Part shown: positions 11,807 to 26,800 of the stretch, one piece after another | Layout of the letters: the number at the start of each line of letters is the position of its first letter | Position numbering within the stretch: the stretch's first letter is position 1 | Assembly: GCA_021613535.1 (NCBI GenBank) | Contig: CP075496.1 | Span: 10,602,001-10,666,000, forward strand | Direction of reading: 5' to 3' | Length of the DNA: 64,000 bases | From: Adineta vaga | Taxonomy: Eukaryota > Animalia > Rotifera | Position numbers and translations under genes: made by a program | Notes under the pieces: generated by a model | Told to the model about the DNA's origin: nothing | Seen by the model: only the letters and a program-made list of their open reading frames with translations | The model's database searches: none

Positions 11807-14800
11807 TTATTCTAAACGTATATTATCAATAGCCCAATTGATATCATTTGTTGCATGTTCAATCTGTGTCCATCGAAATCGTACACCACCAGTCGTTCGT
11901 TTATCATTGATTTCTTTTATTCCTGTTGGTAATGTTACATTCACAGACTGTGCATGTTCTTGATTATACAATGTAATCAAACGTGACCATGATATACCTT
12001 CATCATAAGTCCATTCCAACGCTACTGTTATATTATTTGTTGTTAATACACAATTATCTTCAGTTGTTACATAAAATGCAAAGGAGATCATTCTAATTGA
12101 AAGATAAACATAATGTAAGAATTAAAACTAATTAAATCTGAAAAAAAAACTCACGTTGCTTGACTAATATTCAGTTCACGAGTTATTGCTTCAACATTAC
12201 CACAGCCACAACCGGCACGAAAATGAAGTGCTTGTCCACTTAGATAATTATTGGTATTATTATTATTGAGATTTTCATCACAAATATAACGAATATGTCC
12301 ATTACCACTTAATTTCATCCAATTATTTAGATTAGGTGCATTGATATCAACAACAGTTGAATCATCAAATGTTTCATTAAACCATGTAGGTAATGGTTCT
12401 TTACCCACATATTTTTCGCAATATGTTCCTAATATATGAAGATCGATCTTATAATTCTTAAAGACTTTTTCTTATACCTGAATAATCAATTGCACATTGA
12501 CAACCAGATACAGTACATAAACCTCGATCATGACAGTATTCTGGACATTCACCAACAAATAAACTATTGATTGACCATCGTTCATCTTTGATTTGTGTTC
12601 CAATCCAACGAAATTGTGTCCCACTAAATAGAAAAGTTGATTATTAAGATTTTCTTCATTCTTTTTCTTCTTCCTATAGAGTGCGATAATAGTCATTCGT
12701 TTGTAATTCTCTCACACTATTTCTTCTTCTCCTCCCGGTATCCAAGGCAATATGATTTCTCATGGAGTCACCAAACATGAATAGAATTTCTTATCATTGA
12801 CGCGAGAAAAACAGAACTAGAAAAAAAAACAAATTTCGTCCATTGTTTTTCGATTATTCATGCGTATTTAGAACATCAGCAACGAAGATATGCTAGCAGC
12901 TTCACAAGAAATCGACAATTTTATTGAACGGCAACGTTCTAGATTAAATAAACAACCATCTCAAGTTCCAATGAATCGACCTCCTGCACCTCAGCAACAA
13001 CTACTAAATCAACCACCTCCACGTCAAACTTCATTACCACCAAATAATATTCAAGATCGACTTGACTTCAAAGTAGCACGAATTCTAGATGAACCTCCGC
13101 CTCGTATTCCACCACAACAACAATTTTATCCTCCACCCTCTCAACCACCACCACCATTATCGATGCCTAATAATCAAGTTGTTGAACAACGTCGTTCATC
13201 ATACGATGGTAATGATAATTCAGCAACATTTTTTAAGCGATTCGGAGCATATGACGATAAACGTTCTCAATTGAAAGATGATTTAAAACGTGAATACAAT
13301 GAATATTTACAGAATCAAAGAGGAATGTCGAAAAGTAAATCATCTTCACAATTGTTATCACCACGAAATAATGTAACAAGACATGTTCAATTTCAACAAC
13401 AACAACATCAACAACAGCAACAGAATGGAAAAGTTGTCGCACCATGGGAAAAAAATGAGAATAAATCTCATTCAAATATGCAAAATACGAACAATGTTTC
13501 ATCAACAATGACATCAACAACAACAACAGATTATTCAACAAATCGTTCTCGTGGACAAACATCTGGTAATCATGATGAACAATTTATTCGAGATCGTGAA
13601 GAATATATATTAGAATTACATTCTCAAATACGAGAGTTAGAACAGAGAAGAAAACAACTTGAAACAGGTAAAATATCTTTCATACATTATTCATATTTCT
13701 ATTTTTTTTTTCTCATTATTCAGATGGTGCAAGAGTATCTGCTGGTGGTACGTCCATGGTGTCACGAGCTCATTATACGGAAGATTTAAATGCCTTAAAT
13801 TCTCTACTTGCTGAACGTTTAGATCAACGTAATGCAGTTGATCATGAACTAGCACGTATTCTTAATCGTCCTCCCGTTTCTTCCAGTCCAACACGAGTTA
13901 TGCCAACTGGCACATCAAATCTTAATATATCTCAAGGACATTCTCAACAACAACAAAATGTACGTCAAGTGCAAGCATATCGTCATGAAAATCGATCAGA
14001 TACAAATAATGCAGGATTTCAAATTGGTCGAGAAACGGACAAAGATGAAGAACAAACGGCGAAAAAACGTTATCAACAAGAACTTCAAGCGCAAATGCGT
14101 GAAGCACAAATGCGTAAAGTACAAGCAAAACAAGATAAAGATGACTACGAACGAAAATTAGATGCAGATATTCAACGATATAATTATTTTGGTCGTAGTG
14201 GGGGTGGCGCACCGATGCGAGATAAAGATGGAAATGTTATAGCTAACTTAGCTGACGTTAGAAATCCACCACCACCACCTACACAACGACAGCCTCAACA
14301 ACAACAACAACAACAACAACAACAGCCATATTTTCCACCTGATGATAAAGTCTATTCATTAGGTAATGGTTTAAGTTCTCTTTCAAATCCACCATTTTAT
14401 AGTGGCGAACAATACCAACCACAAAATGCATCAAATTCCGTAAATTGAATTGATAAGCATAGATGTATAGTTTGAATTACTTTTTTCAGGATCGACCAGG
14501 TTCACCAAACCATGCTTGGTGCAGTTAGTAATGGGATTTTCGGTACAGCTAAAACGGAAGCACAAATAGTACGAGAAGAAAAATATAAACAAGATTTAAA
14601 GAGACAAATGGACGAGAAACGTCAACGTGATGTGGAAGAAGCAGCCAGACGGCGCGCTGAAGAAGAACGTGAACTTGCTAAACATTTAGAATGGCAACAG
14701 CAAATGGAAAAGCAAGTGACCGAAGAAGCATTGAGAAAACAAGAAAAAGAAGAACAAGAACGTCTTCATCACCAACAATTACAAGAAGAATTAGAACAAC

Positions 14801-17800
14801 GAAAACGACAAGACGAAGGAACGTCAAAACGAAGTATAAATTTCTCTTAAAAGATGTTTATCCTTATTAATATTCTCTTCTGAATGATAGAACCAAAACG
14901 ACAAGAAAAACCAGCAACACCTCGAAGTGATGAAGATAATAGACAAAATAGTTACGATGAACCACAACCTCCACCACCTCCTCGAACAGATGCTGCCTAT
15001 CGAAGTTCATCACCTCCAGTACCTACATTGAAAAATAAAGATAGAAAACAAAAATCAACTGTTGGTAATGCACGACGTCCATCATACGATGATGCTAACC
15101 AACAACCACCACCACCAGCATTTGCTAATCATGATGAGTACATGCAACCAGCCCATGATGATGCAGACAGTCGAGGAAAACAAACATATCGAAAGCCACC
15201 AACGCCAAGACAACCAGGTTTGTATTATATTTTCGTAAAGCTTGCTGTTGCTAGATGTTCTTGCTTGTGCTTACTTCTATAGACATAACAACAGAACGAA
15301 AGAAACCACCCTGTAAGTACTGTAGTTATACTTTAAATGTGATATGTCATCTTGAAATCATTTATATTGTTAATGATTTATTTTAGCGACGTATCGATCT
15401 CGACCACGACTTAATTCCAATTCTGGTCTACCTAATCGAACAGGTTCTGCTGCTTCTCTTCGATCCGATGGATCTGATTCTGAAGTATTGAATCGTCTTG
15501 AACATTTAAAACGACAATTGAAAGATCGAGAAGCACGTCTTCAAGAACATGTGAATCGTCATCAAACTACTGAGCAAACATCCAAATCTTCACGAAAACA
15601 AAGTCCAGGACTTGTATTTAATACAGCACGTGTTCATCATCGTGATTCACCAACTACAAATGATGTTGTTCGTCGTATTCTTCAAACTGATGATGATATT
15701 GAATATAAACCAAGTTATTTCCGTGATGATACTATTCTATTAGGTGGTGCAGGCGGACTTAATGCTAATTCTGACAATGAATTCTTCTCATCATTAAAAC
15801 GTATGAATGCAGACAATCGAAAAATTAATGACGAGATCGAGAGAGAAGGTAATCGCAGTCGGTATGGTCATAATCAACCAAAATATTATGAACAAGACGA
15901 TCCTACTAGTATGGCAAATTATGAATTAAATGTAAGTCAATGAAAATATAAAACAATAAACTATTTTCGTTTTTTTTTATATAATTCTTTAGAGAATTGC
16001 TAAACAAAATGAACAACGTTTGAAAAAATTACGTGATCTAGAAAATGATGATGCATCATTATTAGATAGCAATGAAGTTCTTGAACGTTTTCAACAAAAA
16101 CAACGTCTTCAACGAGGTGGTAGTCAAACAACATTACAAGATGATGCTTGGCTTAAATAAACATGTTCTGTTATATTTTGTAAATTTTATCATGAAAATC
16201 ATCGTTACTTCTTACAACAGACTAAGTGAACAAATGTTCTTTTTTTTCCTTTTGTGTGAAAGCACTATAATGAGTATTATTATTATTATTGTCCGTCATT
16301 TCTTTGTCAAAAATAAAGATATGGACATGGGGAAATTGAATACTAGAAACATATTTACAGATCATATTCTAAAAAAAAGTTGCGCAAGTAGATTACCTGA
16401 GAATACTGACTCTTACGTGTGTACAAATTCGTCTTACCTTGAATATGTTTCAATTGGTAATTTAATCGTATGCATATTAAAGTAACCTCCATTTAGTAAA
16501 CTTGTTCGACATGCTAAATCTGCCATATCAGCCAATTTGATCCATTTAGATGATGATTCCGTTCGATATTCAATAGAACTAGTTATATTATGACAATGAT
16601 GTTTTTTTATATTAGTATTTCGATCACATTCAGTATTAAACTATTATAACAAAACAAAGTTTTTTTTATATTAAAATAAAAATGAACATAATTACTTGTA
16701 AAACTAGAACATAGTATGATTGAATAAGAATAGGTACTGTGATAATCGAGAAAGAAGTTTCATGAAAGACTAAAGTTGGTAAATTATTATTGCATAGATC
16801 AGGTTGTGCAAGTAAAGCACCATCAATGGATTCCCAATTTGAACGAGAAGATGAAACAGTATAGAAATAATCAGTTAAAAAATAAATACTGATTGATTTG
16901 ACTAAAATGTGTTCGTTTGACATATAACAAAAGAGATATATTAATTGAAGAAACTTACTGGAGATTATTTTCGAAAGACTCCATGATAAATTAGTACATT
17001 TGAGAGAAGCTGGTTCAAACCAACGAAATTGTCCTGTTTGATATTTTGTATTTATTGAATCTAATTCGATGGTTATATCTATCGATGTATTCGTATTTTT
17101 CATTGAAAAATTAAATTGATGTAAGATTGACCATGTTAATGTACCATCTGTAGAAATTAAGAAATAAATTGAATTAGTACATGTTTTTGGTACTTGTTCA
17201 AAACTATATGTCCATTTGATAGCACTAAAAAAAACAGACATTCTTGAAGAATAATCAATAAATTCAATATCTACCGTATTGATCTTAAATCAATCGGTTG
17301 CGTAATCGCTTGATGATTGTTAGTTGTCCATTTGATTCTGTTCGTTTTCTGTTCATATGGTTCAAATTGTAACCAATTAGTAGAAGAGAAATCTTTTTCA
17401 AATGTTTCACGAAAATCAACCTATTTGTTTAAAAATTTGTTGAAATAATAAGCAAATTAAATGAATCTACATACGATTGGAAGAATCGAATTACTCATTT
17501 GACATTCTCCTTCACTGCAATACGTATTACCGAAACAATTCATTGAACATTTATTTCCAACATAGAAATAAATCAAAGGATAATTTGAACATTTCGAAGA
17601 AAATTGCAATCGAAAACGAATTGATCGATTCTGATCTGATAAGATATTGAATGGAATAGTTAAACGATAGAATGTCATATTTCTTGATTGATATCGAATT
17701 GGTATAAACTGTAGTTCATTATCATTTTGAATTTCAAACCATTTTGAACCGAAATCAAATGAATATTGAAAATGATGATTTCTGTAATCAGTACAATTAA

Positions 17801-20800
17801 ATTCAATTTGTAGAATGTAATCTAATTTGAAATAGACATCTTTTGATTCATAGAGAGTTTGATTTGTCGATTTAATCAAGGTAAGAAATGTCGAATTCCA
17901 TCGAGTATAATTTGTATCTGTTGATTCAAACCATTGAAGATGAGAATGAATATGAAATATATGCAATTGTTCGATTGACCAAACAGATCGATCAGTCATT
18001 GGAGAATCTTGAATCACTCGGAGTTGAAGAATAATAGCTGGTAATAATTTAGTTATGCTATGAAAGTAAAAATGATTTTCCAATGACGAATATAGTATAA
18101 GTCAGTTTTAGATGTAATAAACGACTTACTTTAGTTGAGAACCTTTAAATATATGTAACGTAGTCCATTCGTGCGCATTAATTTCTCGATATTGTAAACG
18201 AATCCAAGCATTATTGTTTTTTCGAATGATTGTTTTCGATAAACATTGATCATTAAGTTCAATATAAACATAACTATCTCCATGATTGATATCTATATAA
18301 TTCGTTTCCAATTCTCGTTTACATGTCTAAATAATAAATCATAAATAAAGCATATCTATAACAAATACGCTTACATAATCAAACATCATGCCACATTCGT
18401 TATGATGTGAATGGCCAGAATTTCTAAAATATTTATATTTAAGAATATCCAATTCATTTGGAAAGCGTTTTAATGAAAGACTACAATCATTATTTGCCCA
18501 TCCAACTTCGCATCTAAATATAACATTCGATTCGAAATGATCTTATTGAATCAATATTTAAATATTACCGGCATCGACTATTATTCGAACACATACCATG
18601 ACCATGACAAGCATTTGCACAATTTGAACCAATATAAAGTTCAGAAATAGCAATAAGAAATTCATCTTCATTCATTGATATTTGTTCACTGACAAAACGA
18701 ATACGAAAACGAACTTGATTTGAACTATCAAACATTCGAATTATTGATAGATTAGAATTAGAAATAGATTTCGTCTTACCCGATCGTCATTGACGATAAT
18801 TTCCATGTATATATTTTCGATTGTCGATTATCAAATGATAGATCATTATAATCAATTCTTTGCCAAGTATATCCATAATCAAATGAAAATGATACTTGAA
18901 TACCTAATATTTTCACTAGAAATTCATTTCTAATTCAAAATAAATCTCATACTTATACATTGATTGAATGCTAGAGGAACAAGAACTAATTGAATATAGA
19001 AGAATTTGTCGAAAATAATTAAATTATCAGTTATAATTTCATTCAAAGTTGAATTTGATTGATCTAAAATATTTCTTTTCTTTTGTATAATTGATCTTTC
19101 TTCAGAAAACTCTTCATGCTTACTTATCGATGGAAATAGTAAATATGATCCATTGAATATTCCATCACCGAATGAAACAAATAAATTCGGTTCAAAATTA
19201 TTTAATCGATCAAATTTTCCATAAATTGTTTCTCGAGGTAGATTTGCACCACTGACAATAATATGTTCTATATGTAAACATTCTGGTATATTTAAAAGAA
19301 TTACTAATCGAATAAGTACATAATCATATTTCATTTCATCAGGAAAATCTTCATGTAAAATATATGATTGATTTATTGATAAAATATAATGCTTAAATAA
19401 TTGCCAACTTAAACCCATATTACGTGAATATTCTAACGAAATGATTGATGTATTCTGTTGACAATTCATATGAATATCCAGTTCGATAAATCTAGATTAT
19501 AATTAAATGTTAAATTTGTTTTCGTTTTAATAAATATTTACCTTGTTGAAATCAAATTTAATGGTGGAAGAAGAATTAAATCGTCTAATGGAGATGAACT
19601 TTCATTAAATCGTTCGAAAAATGTAGTTTTTGTTGATGATATTGAACAATTATTTTTCTCGGAACAACGACATTTTCCATTACAGATCTCTAATTCACAT
19701 AAAACTTCACATTCAGAACGAATAGTAACATTGCTTATTTGTCGACGAGTAGCAATAGTTGCATTACGTGCTAACCAACGAATTCGAATAAATCTCAAAA
19801 GAAAATGATCATTTGATTTTTTTGTATTTTGAAAATAAAGATTTACTTAGATACTGAAAGATAAGTATGTAATGGTAAATAAAAACGATTTTTAATTGCA
19901 CGAAGTGGTTGATTAATGATGACATCATTTGTATGCGAAACAAGTGTTGATGGACGATCAATTGATAACCATGTTTGACCATAATCTGTAGAAAATTCTA
20001 AATCAAATTGTGATTGATTCGGTGATCCTAATGAACTAGTCATACAAGGATGACTATCCAGCTATAAGCATTGAAGAGAATAGCTGAAATGGTAATAGAT
20101 AATATACAAATTTATATCCTACTTGAAATGTTAAAAATGATGTTTCATTCAATTGAATGTCGACTGTTGAATAAACTTCCAAAGGAAATATCGAATTTCT
20201 ATTTGAGAGAAATGTTTAGAAAATTTTCAATCATTTCAATATAACATACTTATGATTACAGGTATGCCTTGTTGAAGAATGGCTACTAATCCACTGAGTA
20301 GGTAATTTCTTAGGAATCATTTCAAATTTATGTAATATCCAATTCGATGTCCATTCTATAAATATAAATGATATAGTCAATTTAATAAAGATATCTCGTT
20401 TTTGTTATCGTACTTGTTGTAACACGCTGAAATAATCGAATACGAACTAAATGAAGTTGCAATGCTTCACCATCAGGAAATGTAATAAACCAAGGTTGAT
20501 GAGGTTGATCTGGACGATAGATTATAGTTGTAAGTATTGTCCATAGAATACCATTATTTGTTGAAATTTGAACATAGATGGGATCGAGAAATAGTTCAGT
20601 ACGATTGAAACAGACATCCAATTGAATACGAATGAATTTCAAATCGATCAAAGAGAATTCTGGACTGATGAGGCCACGACTACCTGTCTAGTATGACAAA
20701 AAAACAAACAAGATAGAATGAAATTAAAGAAATTTTTTTAATCTTTACTTGTGAAAAGACATATCGTGGATCGGTGACTGAACATTTTTCATGACCCCAT

Positions 20801-23800
20801 GTCTCCGACCAAACTGATAGATCCTCAGTTAATTGTATAGGTAATATAGTGTCATTAATTACAATCGAAGGATCTGGTGAACAATAAGGTAAAACATAAC
20901 CATGGTTACATCTAAACGATACATATCATTTTATGTTTCATTATAATCTTCAAATGATAGTTTAACTTACAGACAACCATTTGATTGACATAGTCCGTGT
21001 CCAGAACAAAACCATGGACAATCTGCTCCAACATAAACATTATTAATGATAAATCGTGCATCTGATTGACTAGTTATCCATCGAAAACGAACTTCCTGGT
21101 TACTAATTACATATAAGATCAACGAAAATACATGTGAATATACATATGATTAGTATAACTTACACATAATTATCTGGAATCGGTATCGTAATATTTCTTT
21201 GTTTTTGATATAATTGAGCAAGAAAAATCGATCCTGTCGTAGCTATTCTATCATCACAATAGACAGTTGTTTGATTACATGATGGAATTAAAGATATCCA
21301 ATTTGACCAACCATAACTAACATCGGAACTAATTTCTAATAATAATTTCCAATGAGTATCATTCGTTTTTTTAATTGGCAACATTTGTAAATCAAATTGA
21401 ATCATTGAACTTGGTTGAATTGATGGAAATTCCCATGTTTGTACAATATAATCAATCTTACTCTTTTGCTCAATATGTAAATTATTTTCAAACCAAATAT
21501 TATCATTTTCTTTTGTTCGAATACTAATTGAACGAATATTCCATGTTAAACATGGTTGATCTTATCAATTCAACATAAAATAAATATATATATATATATA
21601 CAAGAGAAAAAGTCCAAACCTGTCTTACCATTTTCTTCAATCCATCGTAAATGAAAATTTTCATTTATTTTTAAATCTTCAAAATTTTCAAAAAAATTAT
21701 TTGAAGTATCTAAATTATTCTTTGTAAACCATTGAATACCATTATCATATGAATATTGAAATAATATTTGATTGAAACAGTTTGTAACATTGATATATTG
21801 TAAACCAAATTTAAATATTACATATCTTAAAATGGAAATTTTGTATTAAAGAATGTCTTAGTTACTCTGATTAAATCAAATCTATTCTTCTCATCGATGT
21901 GAGATAGAAGAAAAAAACGTACTTGATCGTTTTGAATGGTCCAACCATTGCATATGATCGTTGGGTACGATTATTCGGTGAAAAACATAAATATGGTGTT
22001 GTTGTACTTTGTCGATTATAACATCGATGTGCAACTTGGGCATCCGATGATGTTGACCACATTGATGAATTTAATTTATTTGTAAATGTTTCGTAAATAC
22101 TCGATAACAATAATCGATTTGGTAAACAATTTGTTTCTAAATTTAGATTAAGTTAATCAATTCATTTCATTTCATTTTAGTGAAGTAAGATAGTATACTA
22201 GAAGTTTGATTTTTATCACATTGACAGATAGCTTTTTGATTGTTCCACATACATCTACCAAAACCATAACAGTTCGCTGGACAAGAAGGACCAATATAAA
22301 CATAGTTCAAAATAAAGGAATGATCGCTTTGAAATCGTATCAGAATAGAACTAGAATCAAAATATATACATGCAGTCTTATAAAAATCACGCATCATCAG
22401 TGCTGTTTTATCCTTCTCACAGTTTCATCTGTTATAATAATGATCGACAAAGTTTGTACAACTAAATATTTAACTTACCGTTGATACAGTTCTTTTGGCA
22501 TTTGTCGTCCAAAACGATTCATTTTTCGTTCAAAATTTTGTGTATCAATCAATTCATGCCATGTCAGATTATCCAGTGAATAAGCTACATGTAAATGTAC
22601 ATTAGGTCGATTTATATCAATCTAAAACCGAATACACTATAAATCTTTTCTCAACTTTAATCAATCCTACATCGATCATAATAACATAATCCTGTTGTTT
22701 GAACACGATAGACGTGGTAATCAATTCATAGATTGTTTTATTATATGGAATAGTACGAATTTGGTTTGTATACAATTCAGAGTTGTTTATCGTATATGTT
22801 GGATAAAGCCATTTTGATGGATCCGTTTTCTACGAGGAATAAAAAACATTTCCGAAATTCGTATGAAAAATTAATAAAATCAAGTCCAATACTTGAAATT
22901 GATCCATAAAATAATACTGTATCTGTGCTTTAACAAATGCGATATTTCTTATTTCAATTGAAGCATTTCTCCAACGAAATAATGTTTGTTTGGATTGACA
23001 TGATTTAGATACTAATACATAATGATCTCTAGAAAGAGTAATAAATAATTGATTTTATAAACAAAGAACGAACTGTAAGATAATTACTTTAAAAAACTCT
23101 CTTTTTCTCCTAACCATGGTCTCAATTCAAACCATTTAATACCACCATTTGGTGAACATTCGAATAGAAGATTATTTTTACGTAAATTAATAGTGATCGT
23201 TTGAAAATGAACAGCTAATATATCCGATGCGTCAATAAATGGTAATAAAAATTCATCATGAACCTAGAACAATGAAGAAACTATCTTAATCCATACTAGA
23301 ATTTTGACAAGAAATCGATTTCGTATTATATTAGAACTTTAACTATCAATCTTTCTCAGATGTAATAGATCGACTTACTGCATTTATTCCATATTTAATC
23401 AAATCATTTTCATCGAATGATAAATCAATTGGTTGTTTCATCAATTTTTTTGATTCATCCCTGATCATAAACAAAAAATATGTTTATGAAAAAGAATCTC
23501 ATTTTTCATTTTCTTACAAACATATGCCTTCAAAGCAACTTCCATTTAGCCAACAATTATTTTCACATTGTACACCCAAATGAATCGAATTTAAATCAAA
23601 CTTTTTCGTTGCAAGAACGGTTAGATTTAATATAACATCTTTAAACCACATGGCTTTTGGAAGTGTAATAATAACTATGAATGAAGAATTTTCCGAATGA
23701 TAAGAAAAGATATCAATATCTTTTGAAAGATCAATTTCAGTTGTATTGACTCGAAGACGAATCTAAATATCATTTGAAATACTAATCACGTTTAGATAGG

Positions 23801-26800
23801 AAACAAAAATGAATTTACATCATCGATATCAAACAGGACATTTGTTGTTTCTTTACGATTGATGGATTCTAATCGAAAACTAAGAACATAACCTGGTTGA
23901 ATATAAGTTAATCTTGTTTGAAAAGTTCTAAATGAAATAAAATGAAAATCAGTGGATTATTTTTCATGATCAATACATACTTTACATGAGAAGTTCGTTT
24001 TATTGATTTTATCGATGATATATCTTGAATAATAATATCATCAATTACCCAAACATCTTGATTATCACCACCATGTGTCATTTGTCTCCATTCGAGAAGA
24101 CAATTTTCACTTTCGAGTTTCTTTCGAAATAAAACTCGACTAATTGTTCTATAAATCAAAAACAATTAAATAAAAATTTAACGATTATTTTTTTAAATTA
24201 AACCTAAAATCTGGTGCAAGAATATCTGATATACTAAAACGATCAACAATGCTCCAATGAACACCATTTGAACAGGAAGATAATAATAGAATTGATTTTC
24301 TATCACGATCGAGATCAGTTTTACTTGTTCCTAAACATTGAACATTCGAACTACCCAGATGAAGTGTAAATTGTAATAATCTATAGAAAAGATAAATAGG
24401 ATATTCTAATCAATACTTTGAATCATCTACTTTGGTGAACTGCCATTGATATTTGATATTCGTAAAAATCGAAAACCAGCTTTAGAAAAAACCAGTGCTT
24501 TTCCTCGAGAGATAACATCACATTGATAACTGAGTTGACCGCCTAACAAACGTAAGGAAAAAGTGCGAAATCGGTATTAAAGAAATGCAACTAATGCATA
24601 CCTTGATAAGTAAATAAATCTGTTTGATCTTTATTGTTATTCATTAGAAATGAAGTATAATTAAATAATGTTTGATTGCTTATTTCACAAAATTTGCCCG
24701 AAAAACCCAAATCACATCTTGTAAAAGAGAAAAATGACTTATCACATAATTGAGAACTATTGAAATAAACATGTAAACATTTTCTACCTGCATGTATTTA
24801 ATTGACACCAACCATGCCCGCTACAACCTCGAAAACACCGTCCGATGAATACTACGCAAAATAAATTTATATTTCTTCTCTATCGATTTTAAATAATTAC
24901 CGCGATCAATTGCCCAAGGATCACTGTTCGAGTAGACTGATTCCGTATATGCTGAAGCACTTATTCGAAAACGTGTGTATTCTTGTTGTAAAATAGCCAT
25001 TGGCAACGGTAAAGTTACTCGATGCCATCCACTACGACGAAAAAATGTACTTAATTCGAAAATATTACATTAGATTTGCTTACGATGATGGTAATACAAT
25101 TTTTGATGAATAAACATGTTGTACATGATGTGAACATGCTGAATTGAGAAAACATGGTTGAAATAATCCATGCCAATTCTTTCCAAAATCAACCGAATAA
25201 TCTACATTGACGCTATAGGAAAATTCAGTTATGCTGAAATAGTACTGGATCATAAGTTATTCTCACATTTGACTCGGAATTGGTCCTCCATTCGTTAATT
25301 GTTGTGAGAAACATTTCGGATTTATACCCAATTGAACATAATGTGTAATATTCGACTGTAAAAGAGGTAGAGCAACAAAATCTCGTACACTCCATACATC
25401 GATATTTTTGCCTGCTGATTGATGATATTGTGATAAACAAATTCGTCCGAATGTTGTTGCATCATGACGAAATTCATTTAATCGACTATAGAAAGTTTTG
25501 TGACTTGACTAAATAATTACAGATATTCAAAATTCAAAGGAAGTATTGTTATTGATAACAGTATTCACCTGTATTTCACGTAGAGGTATGCGACGTATCG
25601 TTCGAGAATAGCCAACCGTCGAACCATTATAAAAAACAGCAAGAAATATTACGGCACCCGGTGTTGATACATGTTTATTTCGTTTCATACAAGATTCTAT
25701 GATAGAAATTTTATTTGAAATTTTTACTTATTTGTAAGAAAACTCAAACCTGCTGAAAGTGTAACACGAACACTATCGATCAAACCAAGTTCAATCGTTG
25801 GTGAACATAATTGTCGATAATTTTCACCGTTAAATGTGATAATATCTTCATCAGCACATGGTTTATTCAAATCTAAGAAACCTGTAGCATTCCATCTATA
25901 AATATCAGACGAGTAGTTAAAAAGTAAACATAGAACAATTTCAAAAAGTATTTTACTTTGTCCAATCAATTGGTGTATCTTTTGAAAGATGAAAAATAAC
26001 ATCACGATCGTAATTAAGGCTTCCAAGAAGAGAAAAATCAATAGTAGTAGCGCCGATTTCTGTTCGAATATCTGAATTGGATTCAAAGACCATACTCATT
26101 CGTTCATCGCATGTCTAAATATTTCAATAAAAATATGTATCATAAATTTAGATATAAATACTTTTAATTGACCACCAGCTAATCGATGCCAATTTCCCAA
26201 ACGCATTGTTTCAAATGTATCAAAAAAGTATTCAGTTTGTAATCGAGATCGAACAAACAATAAATCATCAATAAACCAAGAACCACCACCAGAAAATTTC
26301 TCACCATTCTGCTCAATTTTTAAGCATACTGTAGAAGTATTAGTAAAATTATCGACGAATAATGGAACAGTAACATATTCAATACCAGGTAAAACTCTAA
26401 AGAATAGTTTTATAAGTGAAGAAATTCGAGCCACTTTTTCTTTACCGTTGAGAATAAATAACATGCCAATCAGTATATTTTATGCAATCAGTTGTTATTA
26501 ATAATTGAAATGGTGGATCCGTCGGTCCAGGTGATGGACATGTACCACTTCCAAGACGCATATAAAGTAAAGATACATTAGTAATATCGATTGGATGAGA
26601 AATCTATGTACAAAAAAAGATATTAAATGAGAAGATTCATTAAAGAAAATAGTTACTAATCGTCGTTTGCCTCTTGGATTATTGAATATAGCCACACGAC
26701 CATCTTCTGCAGCATCACATTCACGACTTAATCGCATACCTTCATGTGTATACCTTTGTTAAAGAATATCAACAGTTATTTTAATGGAAATAAAGCATAA

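Noticed and set aside
16072-16485. 137-aa plus-strand ORF
   Set aside because: Off-frame overlap of the CSPP1 end, its 3' UTR and the antisense of a reelin exon; no coding features.
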